A stretch of DNA of 64,000 nt from Podarcis melisellensis (Eukaryota). A program made the translations under genes and the position numbers. The stretch is taken from the NCBI GenBank assembly GCA_964234715.1, contig OZ174275.1, one strand, 5' to 3'. The notes beneath the pieces were generated by a model, which was not told the DNA's origin, searched no databases, and saw only the letters and a program-made list of their open reading frames with translations. Shown here in pieces: positions 36,839-49,850 of the stretch (positions are counted from its first letter, which is position 1; every line of letters starts with the position of its first letter).

Positions 36839-36931
36839 CTATGCGGAAAAAGAAAATGGAAATCCAAGTTACTTAGAATGATACATCATTCGTACGACAT
36901 CTTTAGGAATGTGTTGCTTGGGTACACTTAC

Positions 36932-37039
36932 AATACTGGCATTGTGCTTCAGTTCTTTGGCACGGACAAATGGCACAGCATCGGGAGGCAATGTGAAACC
37001 AGTGGCCTTCACTTTATCCCAGGCGTCCTTGTACAGGTT
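36932..37039 (-). CDS. NEB: NEB exon 108 nt
   Basis: NLYKDAWDKVKATGFTLPPDAVPFVRAKELKHNASI. Confidence 0.95.
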
Positions 37040-38101
37040 CTGTAGAGGCGAGAATCAAAGCACTGTGGTCTATATATGCTACTATACACTAAGGCCTTGT
37101 CTACACTGGAGCACCTGCCTGTCTCCCCATTAATGTAGGTGTGTATACAGGACACCCTCCCCATCAAAGTGTTCTCCTGTCCTCTTCTTTAAATGTGGGG
37201 CCTTCTGCTCCTGGGAAACGTAGAAATCCAAGGATTAAAAATCCCACATTTAAAGGGGGGGCAGATTTGGGGAAATGTTGGGATGCTGAAGATGTCATGT
37301 AGATGCCCTTATTATTAACGGGGACAGGAAGGTGCAAATCCATATTTACCTCTGGTGTAGACAAGCCCAAATATTTTGAGCTGCCTTAGAGTCATCTTCT
37401 ATGAAGCCCCAAAGCAGTAAGAACCATGAGTAAGAACCAAATATTAAGACACCTTTTCTGCCTTTTAAAGCAGAAAGGCCTAGAGCTACACATTCTTTCA
37501 CATAGTCGGGGAAGGAAACAATTGCTTAAATCCACACAAACAAAATGGATACTAAAAATCATGGCCTTCCACACCCCAACTTAGAAAAGGCAACCCAAAA
37601 GGAAAGAAATTTCAACACTACACATCAAGCTCAGGTTTGATCTGTCATCCTTCAGGATGGGGAAATTCCATAATTTTTGGAGCAGGGCTGAAAAACTTCA
37701 GTTTCTCCTAAGTGTATTATGATTAGCCACAGGTGGCAATTTCAAGAGGCATACCAGATTGTAGGGATGTAAACCCATGTATGCTAGCCCCGAGTCATGC
37801 TATGTTCCAACATCCGGTGAAAACATTCCCCTTTTGCTGGGTCCTCAGACAGCAGTAGCAATATGCTGTTAATCAGAGACCTGTGTTCTGTGAATTTTAA
37901 TTGAAATAGTTCTAATCTGTGTACAGCACTCTGCATTGTTGCTCCGTACTTTGGGTTAAGCCTCCCTGACACCATGTGAAGGGAAGAAATAAATATTGGC
38001 TAGCATACCCAGGTACTTATAGCTAAAAGAATTCCAAGATAAACCACCACCCAAAAACAGCCCATCTCATTAGCCCCTGAAAATAAAGTTTAAACACTCA
38101 C

Positions 38102-38206
38102 ACTACTGAAAAGGTGCTTGAGGTTCTGAATCCTATCATGATCAACTGTTTCCAAAACTGTGGTATATTGGTCCTTCATTTTATGGTATTGTTCTTTGTA
38201 TTTCAC
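38102..38206 (-). CDS. NEB: NEB exon 105 nt
   Basis: VKYKEQYHKMKDQYTTVLETVDHDRIQNLKHLFSS. Confidence 0.95.
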
Positions 38207-38308
38207 CTATAATCAAAGGCAGATTCAGTCATTACTGTAGTTCCCTTTACAATTCAAGGGAAGGGAAGAGAATGAACCAGGGCAAAGGAAAGGAGGAGAA
38301 TGACTCAC

Positions 38309-38413
38309 GTCACTAGCATTGATACCACTCTCAATAGCAGTTACATAAACTGGAGTGTCCATAACCACACCGTAGTTCTGTAAATTGTCTTTTCCTGCTT
38401 TTGTGTAGAGCAA
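38309..38413 (-). CDS. NEB: NEB exon 105 nt
   Basis: LLYTKAGKDNLQNYGVVMDTPVYVTAIESGINASD. Confidence 0.95.
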
Positions 38414-39000
38414 CTGTGAAACCAAGACAAAAAGAAGGCATTAGGACAAAGAACAGCTACACTGGATTATTTAGCAACTCTAAGCACACTGTGTAGCAAT
38501 AGGATTCCTTCTTTGGTTTCTCTGAAGTCCCTTTGGCAGGTATGGGGAATAAATCACCTTAATATAGCATAGTGCTACTAATCAGATGTGGTTTTTAAAA
38601 ATGTTAGTTAGTGCACTTAGCACTTTCAAGGAAGCTAACGGCTGTTTTAAGTACAGTGGCTTGCTTTATTCTCTGGAAGGAAAGATGGCCGCTGTCATAT
38701 TTTAATGAATTTATGCCTGCATTTATCCACAAGTGGGAAATTCCAACAATTCTAAGGATTTGTCTTATACTGAGTCAGGATCATTTGGTTAAGTACTGTC
38801 TATGACTCTGATTGAAAAGAGGTCTCTGAGGCCTGAGGCAGGCATCTTTCCTAATCCTGCTACCCAATATTCTTTAGCACCTCTATGAATGGGAAATGGT
38901 GCAAACCCCAAACTGATCAAATAAGGAAACCTTATAGAGAGACATGGTTCCCAGTTCCAGCACCACCACCACCATCCCCAGGCGAGATCCATTTGCTTAC

Positions 39001-39105
39001 TTGACTCTGAAGATCATAAGACTTCTTGGCGTGCAGGATTTGAGGTGTGTCCCACACATAGCATCCAATTCCCTTCAGCCATGTTAAGTCATCCTTGTAC
39101 ACAAC
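39001..39105 (-). CDS. NEB: NEB exon 105 nt
   Basis: VVYKDDLTWLKGIGCYVWDTPQILHAKKSYDLQSQ. Confidence 0.95.
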
Positions 39106-39815
39106 CTGCACATGACAGTAGTGGGGGGGGATGCAATGAACTCATTATACATTGTTTCAAACATCTCCAGTCATACTAATGTTTTGGTCCAGTGCAGAAA
39201 AGTGAGGAGTGGAAGTGATATAAGAGATTTACGTGTGTTCTGGGGCTGCCTGCATGGGTTCCAGATGACTTCTACCATTCCCACTTTGAGAATTCTCTTA
39301 GAATAACAGTTAGTATTTCTATAAAGCTATAGAGTTCTTCAAGCATGATACATACATCACCTAAGGCTGCTGTCCAAACCTGCCGCTGCAGAGCAACCAC
39401 TGCAGCTGCAACCAAGCCATTCACGGTGGTGGCAGAAGGTGGAGCAAACAGATCCAGACTCATTCCTGTACCAGCTTCAGGCTGCCATAGCAACTGGACC
39501 TGGAACATGCCTGATGTGAGAGCAACTCAGGATCCAGCAAATCCTGGGCCAGTTCAGTACACTGAGACGGTATTTGGCCATAGTGGTCACCTACCCCTCA
39601 TCAAATTGTCCATTGGGCTGAGATAGGAGGAATGATTTGCCCAATGCCTTCCTATGACTTTATGGGTCCAGCAAGATTTGGGTTGGATGCTTCTTCTTCA
39701 CGAACCACACTACCCCAAATTGTAAAGCAAAAGAGCAAGCTACTCACACCACCACCTTTTCCTGCTTCTCTATAGCAAATGAAATGGTTCTCAATTTGAT
39801 CGGGTAAATACATAC

Positions 39816-40013
39816 GTCGCTTAGAATTTCCTGGGCTCTTTTAGCCATAATAACATCGTGCTCCTCAGGTGAACAGTTCCACTGATGGAGGTAAGTTCGG
39901 TATTCAAGGTCACTAAGGATGTACTGGCATTTCTTAGCCAACACGTGGTTTATCATGTCACTTGGGATATGAATGTGTGCCTTGGTGTCCTCATAATTCT
40001 TCCTGTAAGCCAG
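39816..40013 (-). CDS. NEB: NEB exon 198 nt
   Basis: LAYRKNYEDTKAHIHIPSDMINHVLAKK...AQEILSD. Confidence 0.95.
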
Positions 40014-40117
40014 CTAGAAATCAGGAGATTAAGATGGAAAATATGTGTTTGTTTTTTCACATTATTCAGACTCAAGGAAGAGCCCCACCCAACAACAACA
40101 ACAACAACACTACTTAC

Positions 40118-40231
40118 CGCACTCCTTATTTTTTGGAAAGCAAGAGAATGGACAACACTTGGGAAATCATTTATTTGTGTCCCAGCCAGATAATGGCCCT
40201 TCTGCTTCTCATACCCTTCTTTATATTTGAG
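40118..40231 (-). CDS. NEB: NEB exon 114 nt
   Basis: [38 protein letters not shown]. Confidence 0.95.
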
Positions 40232-40332
40232 CTGTGAAGTGCAAACATGGGACACGTTAGATAAGACACATAGCAGCCCCACAAGCAAAGAGCGGCAAAG
40301 TAGTTAACAAGGGAAAGAAGGGTCACACTTAC

Positions 40333-40440
40333 CTCGCTGTTAATGTAATCAGCATGTTTGGCACCGACAATAGGGATGTAGTCTGGAGGCAGAGTGTACC
40401 CAATGGCCTTGGTGGATTCCCATGAATCCTTGTACAGGTT
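40333..40440 (-). CDS. NEB: NEB exon 108 nt
   Basis: NLYKDSWESTKAIGYTLPPDYIPIVGAKHADYINSE. Confidence 0.95.
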
Positions 40441-41152
40441 CTAGATGGCAAAAGGTGCACATGGGATATAAATGAGCAGGATGCTTTCCAACAAATGTAA
40501 TCATTGGAGAGCAAAAGCAAATCAACTAAACCACTATGCATTCTCTACAGCACAATCTAGGACTCTTTCAATAGCACAACACTATATAAATACTTCCCTG
40601 AATTAAATTTCATTACCTTCACAGGGTTGTCTACTATATGTCTAACTATATATGGCAGCAGCCCTCAAGGGTCTCAATGAGATGCTCTTTCCAGCTATAC
40701 CTGGAGCTCCCTGGAGCAGAACCAAAGATGTTCTGCACTATGTCCTAGTGCTGTACCACTAAGATATGGCACCTTCCCAATGGGTGAAGCTAGTAGATGG
40801 GGACTTGTTTAAGCTAGGACCTAAAGTTCCCTGCCTGTAGCACCTATTTTCATATAATATCCTCAATGTGCTGTTCACCCAGAAGCCTGAAACTTTATCA
40901 TCGAAAACAAACACTTCCTAATTTTGTGAAAACAGTAGGCCAACTTTTGTACAGAAGGCTACATTCCAGTCGTGCAGAAGTCAGGACTTTCTACACATGC
41001 ACAAGCAAGAGGATTGTTGCAATGAAGCAATCAAGGAGAAGGTGGAGAAGGATCACAGGCCTGGAAGGGATAACAAGTGGCCTGAGGTTCCCTACCCCTG
41101 TAGTAACACATTGAGTTTTCATGATTTGATACACGAACAGCCAGAAACTTAC

Positions 41153-41257
41153 ATCACTGTACAGTTTAGCCATATCTCTAGAATGACTCAGGGCTGGAGT
41201 GTCATCAGAACCAATGTAGTGGCCTCTTTCAAGGTTAAAGGTTTCTTTGTATTTCAG
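41153..41257 (-). CDS. NEB: NEB exon 105 nt
   Basis: LKYKETFNLERGHYIGSDDTPALSHSRDMAKLYSD. Confidence 0.95.
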
Positions 41258-41874
41258 CTAGAGAGAAAAATTAAATAGAGTGTTAACCCATCATTCCACG
41301 TGCTACCACACACACACCAGGATGACATATTCAGTATGCTGTGCTTCTTAAGGGAGGAATGTCTTAATCAGCTTCTTGATGCATGAGGTGAACATACTAA
41401 ATGCTTCATGCTGGGGTGTTTTCTTTTATCCTTCAAATTCACTAAGGTATGAAGATCATTTTGAGCTCCTTTGAGGTGTCTCGTTGTTTACCTATGTTTG
41501 TTATTACTTCTGAATGATATAGCAAATTCAATGTCATACCATCATTTTGACAGAATTATTCTATTTATTTAAAACAAATTATACAACACATATTCTGTTT
41601 AAACATTTCATTCTTCATGAATTGTGAGGCAACTCTTCCATATGCCATCTTAAGGGATATGCCACAAAAAAATATTTACACAAAAATACTGTCATTTCCT
41701 TTCGCAGGACTACTTTGGCATGTGGTCGTTTTTAAAATATTGTTGTATGTTCCCGAACATTTGAGTTACACAAATACCTTCATAGTACTAGCTGCGGTGA
41801 TCAAGAGACATGACACTTTTATAATATATGAAAGTATGTATTTACTCAGAAATTCTGATTTAAAGGATACTTAC

Positions 41875-41979
41875 ATCACTCTGATTAATTGCGTTTGCCT
41901 TTGCCAGAACAATAGCTGGAGGGTCTTCCACAGGTGTGAAATTGGCAAAATTATTAATAGCCTCTTTTGTGTAGAGTCT
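41875..41979 (-). CDS. NEB: NEB exon 105 nt
   Basis: [35 protein letters not shown]. Confidence 0.95.
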
Positions 41980-42068
41980 CTGTAGGTAGACATGATTAGA
42001 TTATCATAAATAACAGTAACAGGAAATGAATAGGATGCTGCCACAAATGTGTGAAAATTGCATCTTAC

Positions 42069-42173
42069 CTTATCAATCAAGTTCTGAGCGTTCTTCACTT
42101 TCCGATGCTCCACTGAATTTAAGGGAATCCAGCCACAGCCGCGGATCCATTCCAGATCAGATTTATAAATATT
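42069..42173 (-). CDS. NEB: NEB exon 105 nt
   Basis: NIYKSDLEWIRGCGWIPLNSVEHRKVKNAQNLIDK. Confidence 0.95.
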
Positions 42174-42325
42174 CTGTATATATTAAAAAAGTTGAAGAAT
42201 ATTATTCACACCTATGCAGACAAAAGGACAAGCTGAGCCTTGATTTCCCTTCCCAGGCAATTGCTCTTGGGTATACCAATATCAAACTCTTAAACTGGTG
42301 CGATCTGATTGCAAAAATCACTTAC

Positions 42326-42637
42326 ATCGCTTTGAAGGTCATATGCTTTCTTTGCCTGGATGCAGTCATTCTGATCAGGGTGGCAAGTCCATTCATGAAG
42401 GTAATGGCGATACGGAATTTCACTGACAACATGCTGGCAGTCTCTGGCTGCAATGACGGATAGTATATCTGGAGGTATATGAATTTTGGACTTGGTTTTG
42501 TTATACGCCTGTTTATACAATCTGTCGTTCTGGATCTTGCCGGCATGTTCAAACCACACCAGTTTCGGGTCCTCTCTCATATTATTGACACCGACATAGT
42601 GACCTCTTTGGTGGACATAGTCTGCCTTGTATTTCAG
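42326..42637 (-). CDS. NEB: NEB exon 312 nt
   Basis: LKYKADYVHQRGHYVG...[10 protein letters not shown]. Confidence 0.95.
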
Positions 42638-42874
42638 CTGAAATGGGAAAACACAGGTTCTTTAAATATCTGCACTGGATCTTTCCTAATCCTAACTCTC
42701 TGGGTTATCCTTATGATTTCATGAAAGCATATCTGCTTTGTTTACTTGGTGGTCTTCCATAGCATGAAAGAGTTTTCTTTAAAAGAAGATGAACCACTGA
42801 AACGAAAGATATGAAGGATGGGCTCTTTGATAGTGACAGAAATCTGTGTGATTTTAAAGCTAAAGAGTGTTTAC

Positions 42875-42982
42875 CTCGCTTTGGACATCACTTGAATGCT
42901 TGGCATGGCGGATAGGCACACTGTCATGAGGCAAAAGATAACCAGTAGCTTTCTCTCTTTCCCAATTCTCCTTGTACAGATG
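42875..42982 (-). CDS. NEB: NEB exon 108 nt
   Basis: HLYKENWEREKATGYLLPHDSVPIRHAKHSSDVQSE. Confidence 0.95.
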
Positions 42983-43063
42983 CTGTAAAACAGAGAATTA
43001 AAGGGTTACACAAGGACTGTCACAGATTCCATTAAAACAAAACAAAACAAGGAAAGTACATAC

Positions 43064-43165
43064 ATGATTAAGAATCCTGGCTGCTTCTTTAGCTGCATCT
43101 AACTGTGGCGTGTCTGTCAGCGTATAGTTTGTCTTGATGTTATTCCATTCCTGGTGGTACTTAAT
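43064..43165 (-). CDS. NEB: NEB exon 102 nt
   Basis: IKYHQEWNNIKTNYTLTDTPQLDAAKEAARILNH. Confidence 0.95.
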
Positions 43166-43361
43166 CTGAAAAAATAAAACATACATAATAAAAATCTTTT
43201 AGATTTACAAGTTATATATGTATAACTAGACTCACACAATAAAACTCGGTGAATTATTAAGGCCCCAGTTTCCACAGATACATGGTTTAGTTTTTGTGGA
43301 TGAAGAAAATCTGTCTGACATGCGTACACTGAACTGAATCAAAATAAGAGGTAATACTTAC

Positions 43362-43460
43362 ATCACTTAGTATTTCCCCGCCTTGTTTGGCTGTGATATA
43401 ATCAACCCTGTCAGCCACTGGTGTAAACGGTTGTTTGTCAACTTTTGTGCGATACAGTCT
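43362..43460 (-). CDS. NEB: NEB exon 99 nt
   Basis: RLYRTKVDKQPFTPVADRVDYITAKQGGEILSD. Confidence 0.95.
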
Positions 43461-43859
43461 CTGTGCAGAAATAAAAGAAAAGCAATGAGGCCATACAATT
43501 GATTGCACCAGCAATAAGTGAAAAGCGAGAGAGTTGAGGGGAAAATATTCAAGGACAGGGACTGTCTCCTTTTTAATGTTTATCTTGCTTTCTGTCCTCT
43601 CCATACCACACTCAGTAACAAAACCACCACTGCTGAGTTAGGATCTCTCATATGATAATGAGGCACTAACTTTCCAAAAAGGTTTTTTCCCCCAAGTATA
43701 AAATACCCAGACCTTAATATCAAGGCTAGATATTGCCTATCCAAGCCCAAAGTGCTGGGTGAATGAGCCAAAACATAAGTGGGGAAACTCAACTTCCTGT
43801 TCCCCCCCCAAACAAAATTACTTTTGGAACCACAATAATAAAATAACAATAAATAATAA

Positions 43860-44190
43860 CAAAATTTTATTTATATCCCGCCCTCCCCAGAGCGGCTAAC
43901 AACAGTAAAATGATGCAACATTCTAAAATCAGTTCATTATAAAATAAGATCAAATCAGATTAATGGCAACCATTGGGCTCTGTGAGGATTGCCAAAGGAG
44001 GGGGTTAGGTTGTGCCCTGGCCAAAGGCCTGGTGGAACAGCTCTGACTTGCAGGCCCTGCGGAAAGATGTCAAGTCCTGCAGGGCCCTAGTCTCTTGTGA
44101 CAGAGCATTTGACCAGATCGGAGCCACAGCCGAAAAAGCCCTGGCTCTGGTTGAGGCCAGCCTAACCTCACTGTGGCCCGGGACCTCCAA
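43860..44190 (-). mobile_element. L2 LINE 3' fragment
   Basis: RARAFSAVAPIWSNALSQETRALQDLTSFRRACKSELFHQAF, typical of the L2 ORF2 C-terminus; gggcgggatataaat tail. Confidence 0.8.
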
Positions 44191-44698
44191 GATGTTTTTG
44201 TGTGGCGAGGGAGGGGAAGATAATCCTGCCTCAGGAAATAGCTACGTGAAGGATAAGGTATAGTAACAAACAAGAAATGTCACTGGCAGGATTAGTTTTA
44301 ATAAGCATCATTCTTTCCCAAATATGGGGCCGCAAGATGGGGACACTAATGCCAGAAAGTGGAGCCTCCTTATTGAAGAAATTATCTAGTCTGCAATCCT
44401 ATGTACATTTACCTGAGAGTAAGTTTTATTGATCTCAGTGGGAATCATTTCTGAATATACACTTATAAGATTGCGCAGATAACAGGTCTTTTGTATACTT
44501 GACAATATTTTGACATGAATTTGCTTTGACTTGCTTTCTATTTTGCTAGATGCCATGTTTTGTTATACTGACATGCATTTTGCTATTTTGTGCCAGTTGT
44601 GCTGCTTTCTGCTTTGCTTTTAGCCACTTTGGGCTTCATTTGGGAACATCAAAAATATAAACATAAATGAAATGCAAACAAAAGAAGGCCAATTTAAG

Positions 44699-44841
44699 AA
44701 GGTGGCGGACTCTCCTTCCTTCGAAGTTTTTAAGCAGAGGTTGGATGGCCATCTGTCATGGAAGCTCTAGCTGAGATTCCTGCATTGCAGGGGGCTGGAC
44801 TAGATGACCCTCGAGTCCATTCCAACGCTAGGATTCTATGA
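44699..44841 (+). mobile_element. CR1 LINE 3' fragment
   Basis: tctccttcc...ttttaagcagaggttgga...gactagatgacc...attctatga. Confidence 0.8.
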
Positions 44842-44880
44842 AAATCTCTGCGAATGATACTTTTAACTAGTTGTTATTAC

Positions 44881-44985
44881 CTCACTTAAAATGTCCTGAG
44901 CGTGTTTGACGTGATTGACAGAGACAGAGTCATTTGGCATCCAGCCAATTCCACGCATCCATTCCAAGTCAGATTTATAAACAGC
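44881..44985 (-). CDS. NEB: NEB exon 105 nt
   Basis: [35 protein letters not shown]. Confidence 0.95.
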
Positions 44986-45642
44986 CTGCAGAGTCAGGGG
45001 AAAATAAGAAGAGTTATTTGCAACACTTTTTTCACTGCATGGAGTGTTTCATACCAAACTTGATTGTTTTTAACTAAAAGGGAAAAGAGGGCTTGTTTTC
45101 CAAGAGCCTACAAAAAGAATGGGATAATAGAAAACTGAAAGGAGGAACTATTCAGGTACAGAATATGCCAGGATCAAATATTACACTCCCCACTTTGATT
45201 ATGCTATGTCTACCACCATCTTGCCTTCTGTAGAAGGCAAAATGGTGCTATATCCTATGTTTGCTCGACATATTCAAATCAGGTAATACAATCATGAAAA
45301 GAATGAGAGCTCAAATCTATACATAATGGAAAGCAATTAACTTTGTATGCATAGATGCATGTGCAGAAGTGAGGCCTCAATGTCCTTCCGTGTGCTTTCT
45401 TAAAGACGTCTGATGATTGTCCAAACAATACTGAATTTATATTAAAAAAATTCACATATAGTATGGATCTTACCTGTTCACACAAGTATTCTAACTATTT
45501 ATTATTTTTTATGAAAAGGAATGTAATAATTGTGGAGACAAAATATCAAACACTTATCATTGTAGAGGCAAATGAGAGACAGAGAGTGATAGACAAGAAA
45601 CTATCAAGAAAGAGGAATTTCAACAACAACCAAATCACTCAC

Positions 45643-45954
45643 GTCACTCTGTAATTCATACGCTTTCCTGGCTTGGATGACATCATTCTGGTCTGGCAGG
45701 CAGGTCCATTCATGTAGATAGCGGCGGTAATCAATGTCACTAACAAGCTTCTGACAGTTCTTGGCCAGCAAGACGGACAGCATGTCAACAGGGCTATGGA
45801 TCTTCGTCTTCAATTGATTATATACTTTCTTGTACTCCCGCTCACTTTGCATTTTAGCTACATGCATAGCCAATACCATCTTGGGATCGTCGTTAATGTC
45901 TCGGCATCCCACATGGTGTCCAAGTTGCTTACGGTAGCCTTCTTTGTATTTGTA
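45643..45954 (-). CDS. NEB: NEB exon 312 nt (copy 2)
   Basis: [25 protein letters not shown]...[10 protein letters not shown]. Confidence 0.95.
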
Positions 45955-46496
45955 CTAATAGGATTTGAAAAAATACATATACAATTAGAATCTTCATCTT
46001 CGTTATCTCAGACTGTAGAAAGATTGATAAGATTGGCAAGAGTTTTCCATTTAACTGTGTTCCTAAGATGCTAAACAAAGGCTGCATTCATGCTCACATT
46101 TACTTGCAATCTATTGAGCAAATCACATATTTTTGAATTCTGTGCGTTACCTATCCTTTACCTGACCTTTTTTTGACCAATGGGAGAGCATAATATTTCA
46201 TCAGGATACTTGACAATTTATTTGGAGCACATGCACAGCCTTCGCCAAGATGGCACCCTTCACATGTTTTGGACAACAACGTCCATCAGTCATGTTGGAT
46301 GAGGCTGATGGATGTTTTAGTTCAAAACATCTGGAGGGCACTAGGTTAGTGGAAGCTGGCCCATAATGTCCTTATATCTTGCCTTGAACTGAGAACTTTA
46401 ATATATTTTCTGTTTCCTGCATTTTAATTCCATTAGATACAAAAGTCCAGAGACAATGGATTACCAAACACTATCAAATTCTATTTGCATACTTAC

Positions 46497-46601
46497 ATCA
46501 CTGGCAATTTCCCTTGAGGCTCTGGCTGTTTTGATTGGGACTGCATCAGCTCTCAGGTCAATATATTTCTTCATGTCATCCCAAGATTCCCTATAAAGTT
46601 T
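46497..46601 (-). CDS. NEB: NEB exon 105 nt (copy 2)
   Basis: KLYRESWDDMKKYIDLRADAVPIKTARASREIASD. Confidence 0.95.
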
Positions 46602-46997
46602 CTACAATAAAAAACCAAAAACATTATATTGTCATTATCCTCTTTCAGCACTTACATATATATGAAAGCTCACTGTCAATCAGCTTTTACTTTTTCCTAA
46701 TCACTCCTGTTTTTGCAGGTAAGAGTTACAGATTATCTCCATATAAAACTATGTAAGGAAAAGTATTTAAACTGCGTGTAAGTAACTGTGGATAACAAGT
46801 GCTAACATCTGTTTTGTGGCATCTCCACAAGCACAATAGATTGCCAGTTTGCACCTATGCAGGTGCAATAACCCACATAGAATTTACATGGGTGCTTGCT
46901 GCATAATGAACTTGTAACATCCAAAGCCCACCTCCTCTGAGTAACTGAAGAAGGTTGTAGAGTTGTAACATAAGAAGAATGGTAGCAATTTACTTAC

Positions 46998-47102
46998 ATG
47001 GCTCACATTGATAGCATTAGCCCTGGACAGCACGATTTCTGGTGTGTCTGGCATCACATGGATCATAACTTTATCTTTATCCCAAGCTTCTCTGTATTTT
47101 GC
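46998..47102 (-). CDS. NEB: NEB exon 105 nt (copy 2)
   Basis: [35 protein letters not shown]. Confidence 0.95.
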
Positions 47103-47164
47103 CTGAAAAAAACATCAAAATTATCTCGTAATTCCTTCTACACCAGTGCTCACATTCCTACATA

Positions 47165-47333
47165 CCGTATTTTTTGCACCATAACACTCACTTTTTTCCT
47201 CCTAGAAAGTAAGGGGAAATGTCTATGCATGTTATGGAGGAAATGCCTATGGGTGGCATGCCTACGGATTTTCCTCCTCTAAAAACTATGTGCGTGTTAT
47301 GGTCGGGTGCGTGTTATAGAGCGAAAAATATGG
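47165..47333. mobile_element. Tc1/mariner-type MITE
   Basis: ta|ccgtattttttgcaccataac ... gttatagagcgaaaaatatgg|ta. Confidence 0.8.
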
Positions 47334-47464
47334 TAATTTCCCTTTAACTTTAGGAACATGAATAACTTTTCTATTAATACAAATAGATGTTTCATGTTAC
47401 AAACAGATAGGGAGGTTCGTAGCATACTTAAAATAATGCCACATTACTCAAAGGAGTTACATAC

Positions 47465-47668
47465 AAGACTCAGTTGCTCAGCATTAGTTTTGGCAAGGAC
47501 AACTTCAGGCGTGTCAACGATGTTGGTAAATTTCAAACGATCCCGAGGAGTGCGATAAACGTTGTCACTCAGAATTTCCTGGGCGAATTTCACCCTCTTC
47601 ACTATTGGAGACTCATGTGGGATCCATCCAACCCCCCGGAGCCATTCAAGATCTGATTTATACACAGC
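47465..47668 (-). CDS. NEB: NEB exon 204 nt (copy 2; ~human exon 106)
   Basis: AVYKSDLEWLRGVGWIPHESPIV...TNAEQLSL. Confidence 0.95.
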
Positions 47669-48325
47669 CTGTGGGAGAAAATTTCAGAGAGGGAGAGCAA
47701 AATATTTCAGTTCAATTCAAAAGAAATACTTCATGTGGTAAATACTGTAGAATGAATGGAACTTCAGAAAGTCAGGACAAACTTGTCTCAATTACATCAT
47801 CAGGATCTAAGCAGTACTATCTCTCTGGACTAGGCCGAAATGGTTCTTTGACCTCCAGTTATATTTCACACCAGCATTTATAGCTTTGATCAGCACTATG
47901 CTGGCTGGGGAGTTGTGGACCAAAACATCTGGAGAGTTCCAGACCTGTGTAGATTGGGCTAGATAGAGTGGGCAGAAAGGTAATCAAATCCATACATATG
48001 ACAGCCCTCCAATCGGTTATGGATTCATTAGCTATTTTTAGATATGCCAATCTATCACATCACTCTTGTCTGTGTTGGACATTCTGAATTAACAACATTT
48101 CAGTTCTTCCTCCCAAGGTACTCATGATGAAATCAAGGGAAGATTAAATTACGTGAAAATGTGACAAGACAAGTTTTCATTAACACAACAAAGTAAACAT
48201 TAAGAAAAGGAAATCTTCCACAACTATCTATCATAATGTGTCTTTTGCTTTCTGTCCCAGCAGTAATGTGTGTTTGCAAAAGACAGATATACTTACATCA
48301 CTTTGCAAAGGACAGATATACTTAC

Positions 48326-48637
48326 ATCGCTCTGTAGATCGTAGGCCTTCCTTGCCTGGATCACATCATTCTGGTCGGGCAGACAAGACCACTGGTGCAG
48401 ATGTTGGCGATAGTCCACCTCACTTACTAAAGACTGGCATTGCTTGGCTGCTTGGACAGACAGCATGTCCACCGGTATAGTAATATTGGCTTTGGATTTG
48501 TTGTAAGCTTGCTTATACAACCGGTCATTCTGCATCTTCAATACTTTAGCAGCAAATGAAAGTTTAGGGTCCTCCTTCACTGAAGGGCATCCAATGTAGT
48601 GGCCTTTCTGTTTCTCATGAGCTTCTTTGTACTTGTA
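48326..48637 (-). CDS. NEB: NEB exon 312 nt (duplicated block, copy 2)
   Basis: [25 protein letters not shown]...[10 protein letters not shown]. Confidence 0.95.
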
Positions 48638-49742
48638 CTGAGCAGGAAAGAGAATTGGAAGTTACAGTTATTTGATCAATTTCCAGGAGAAAAGTTAGAA
48701 GTTCTTGAGGCTTCAGTTTTTAAGGGATTTAGCTATGGAATAATGAGAGGGTAAATAAAACATAGTACGGCTCCCTAATTCTGTCTTTATGAAATATTTA
48801 CCTGGATTTGTTATTAGGGATGAGAGAGAAATGCGGTTCATTTTACATTTAAAGTCACACTTCCATAATTCACACTTTATGAATACTGTATACAGAAGTG
48901 TATATGTATTATGAAAAATTCGCACAAAAATGCTGATGAATTTTTATTAGAACTAAAAAAAACCCCAAAACAATGTGGAAATGTGGAGAATTGACATTTT
49001 TGGCCATCCCTAATTGTATACATCCTGAGCCTAAGTAAAAAGATGTATTTTTTTCAAATAACCGAATATATATGTGGTTGCAAATTATACAAAGTCACAA
49101 TGTCTTTTGAAAGGCACAGACCACTTTGTTTAATAGTGAAAAGCTACTGATGAAATTTGGCTATCCAAATAAATAGTTCAGAAATGGCAATCATATGCAT
49201 TTTTACTTGGAACAAAGCCCAGTTGGGCATGGTGGAATTTACCCATCTGAGTAAAAATGCATAGGATGGTGTGCTCAGGGTGCTAAACTTGATTTGGAAA
49301 CTATGCAAGATTATTTTATTATTATTATTTAATTAATTTATATACCACCTTATATACAGAGGTCTCTGACATTCCACAACTTAAGAGTAAACTTTAAAGT
49401 GATTGTAAAGAAAGGGGAGGGGGGAACACTTGAGTGTTTTTAACAACAGGAAGCAACAGATTTAATTATTGCAAAGTCTTTACAGTGCCAAATATCTCCA
49501 AATTTATCACAGTTAGCTCTTTGGCATTTAAAATAATGGACTATATTAAACTTTGTTTGAAAGAAGACACTTTCATAAATTGTAAAAGAATGGAAAGAAT
49601 GATGTCATAGACATGCAGTAGAGGATCTTGTATATGGGTGGATAAATACGGTTTTGAAATTGTTCATATACTTTGACATGTACACTCATCATATGAAGAT
49701 ATAGCCATTTGAGAAGTAAATGTTAAATAAAAGAGATTGTAC

Positions 49743-49850
49743 CTCACTGGCAATTTCTCTGGAGGCTTTGGCATGCTTGACTGAAATAGCATCACCTCTT
49801 ATGTCGTATCCTTTTGCTTTGGCCTCGTCCCAGGCTCCAGTGTAATGTTT
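49743..49850 (-). CDS. NEB: NEB exon 108 nt
   Basis: [36 protein letters not shown]. Confidence 0.95.

Larger units (their letters stand above)
45341..48985. repeat. Segmental tandem duplicate, copy 2 (paralogue ~51344-55152)
   Basis: Five exons and their introns align with ~51344-55152 at a period of about 6.0 kb. Confidence 0.93.
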
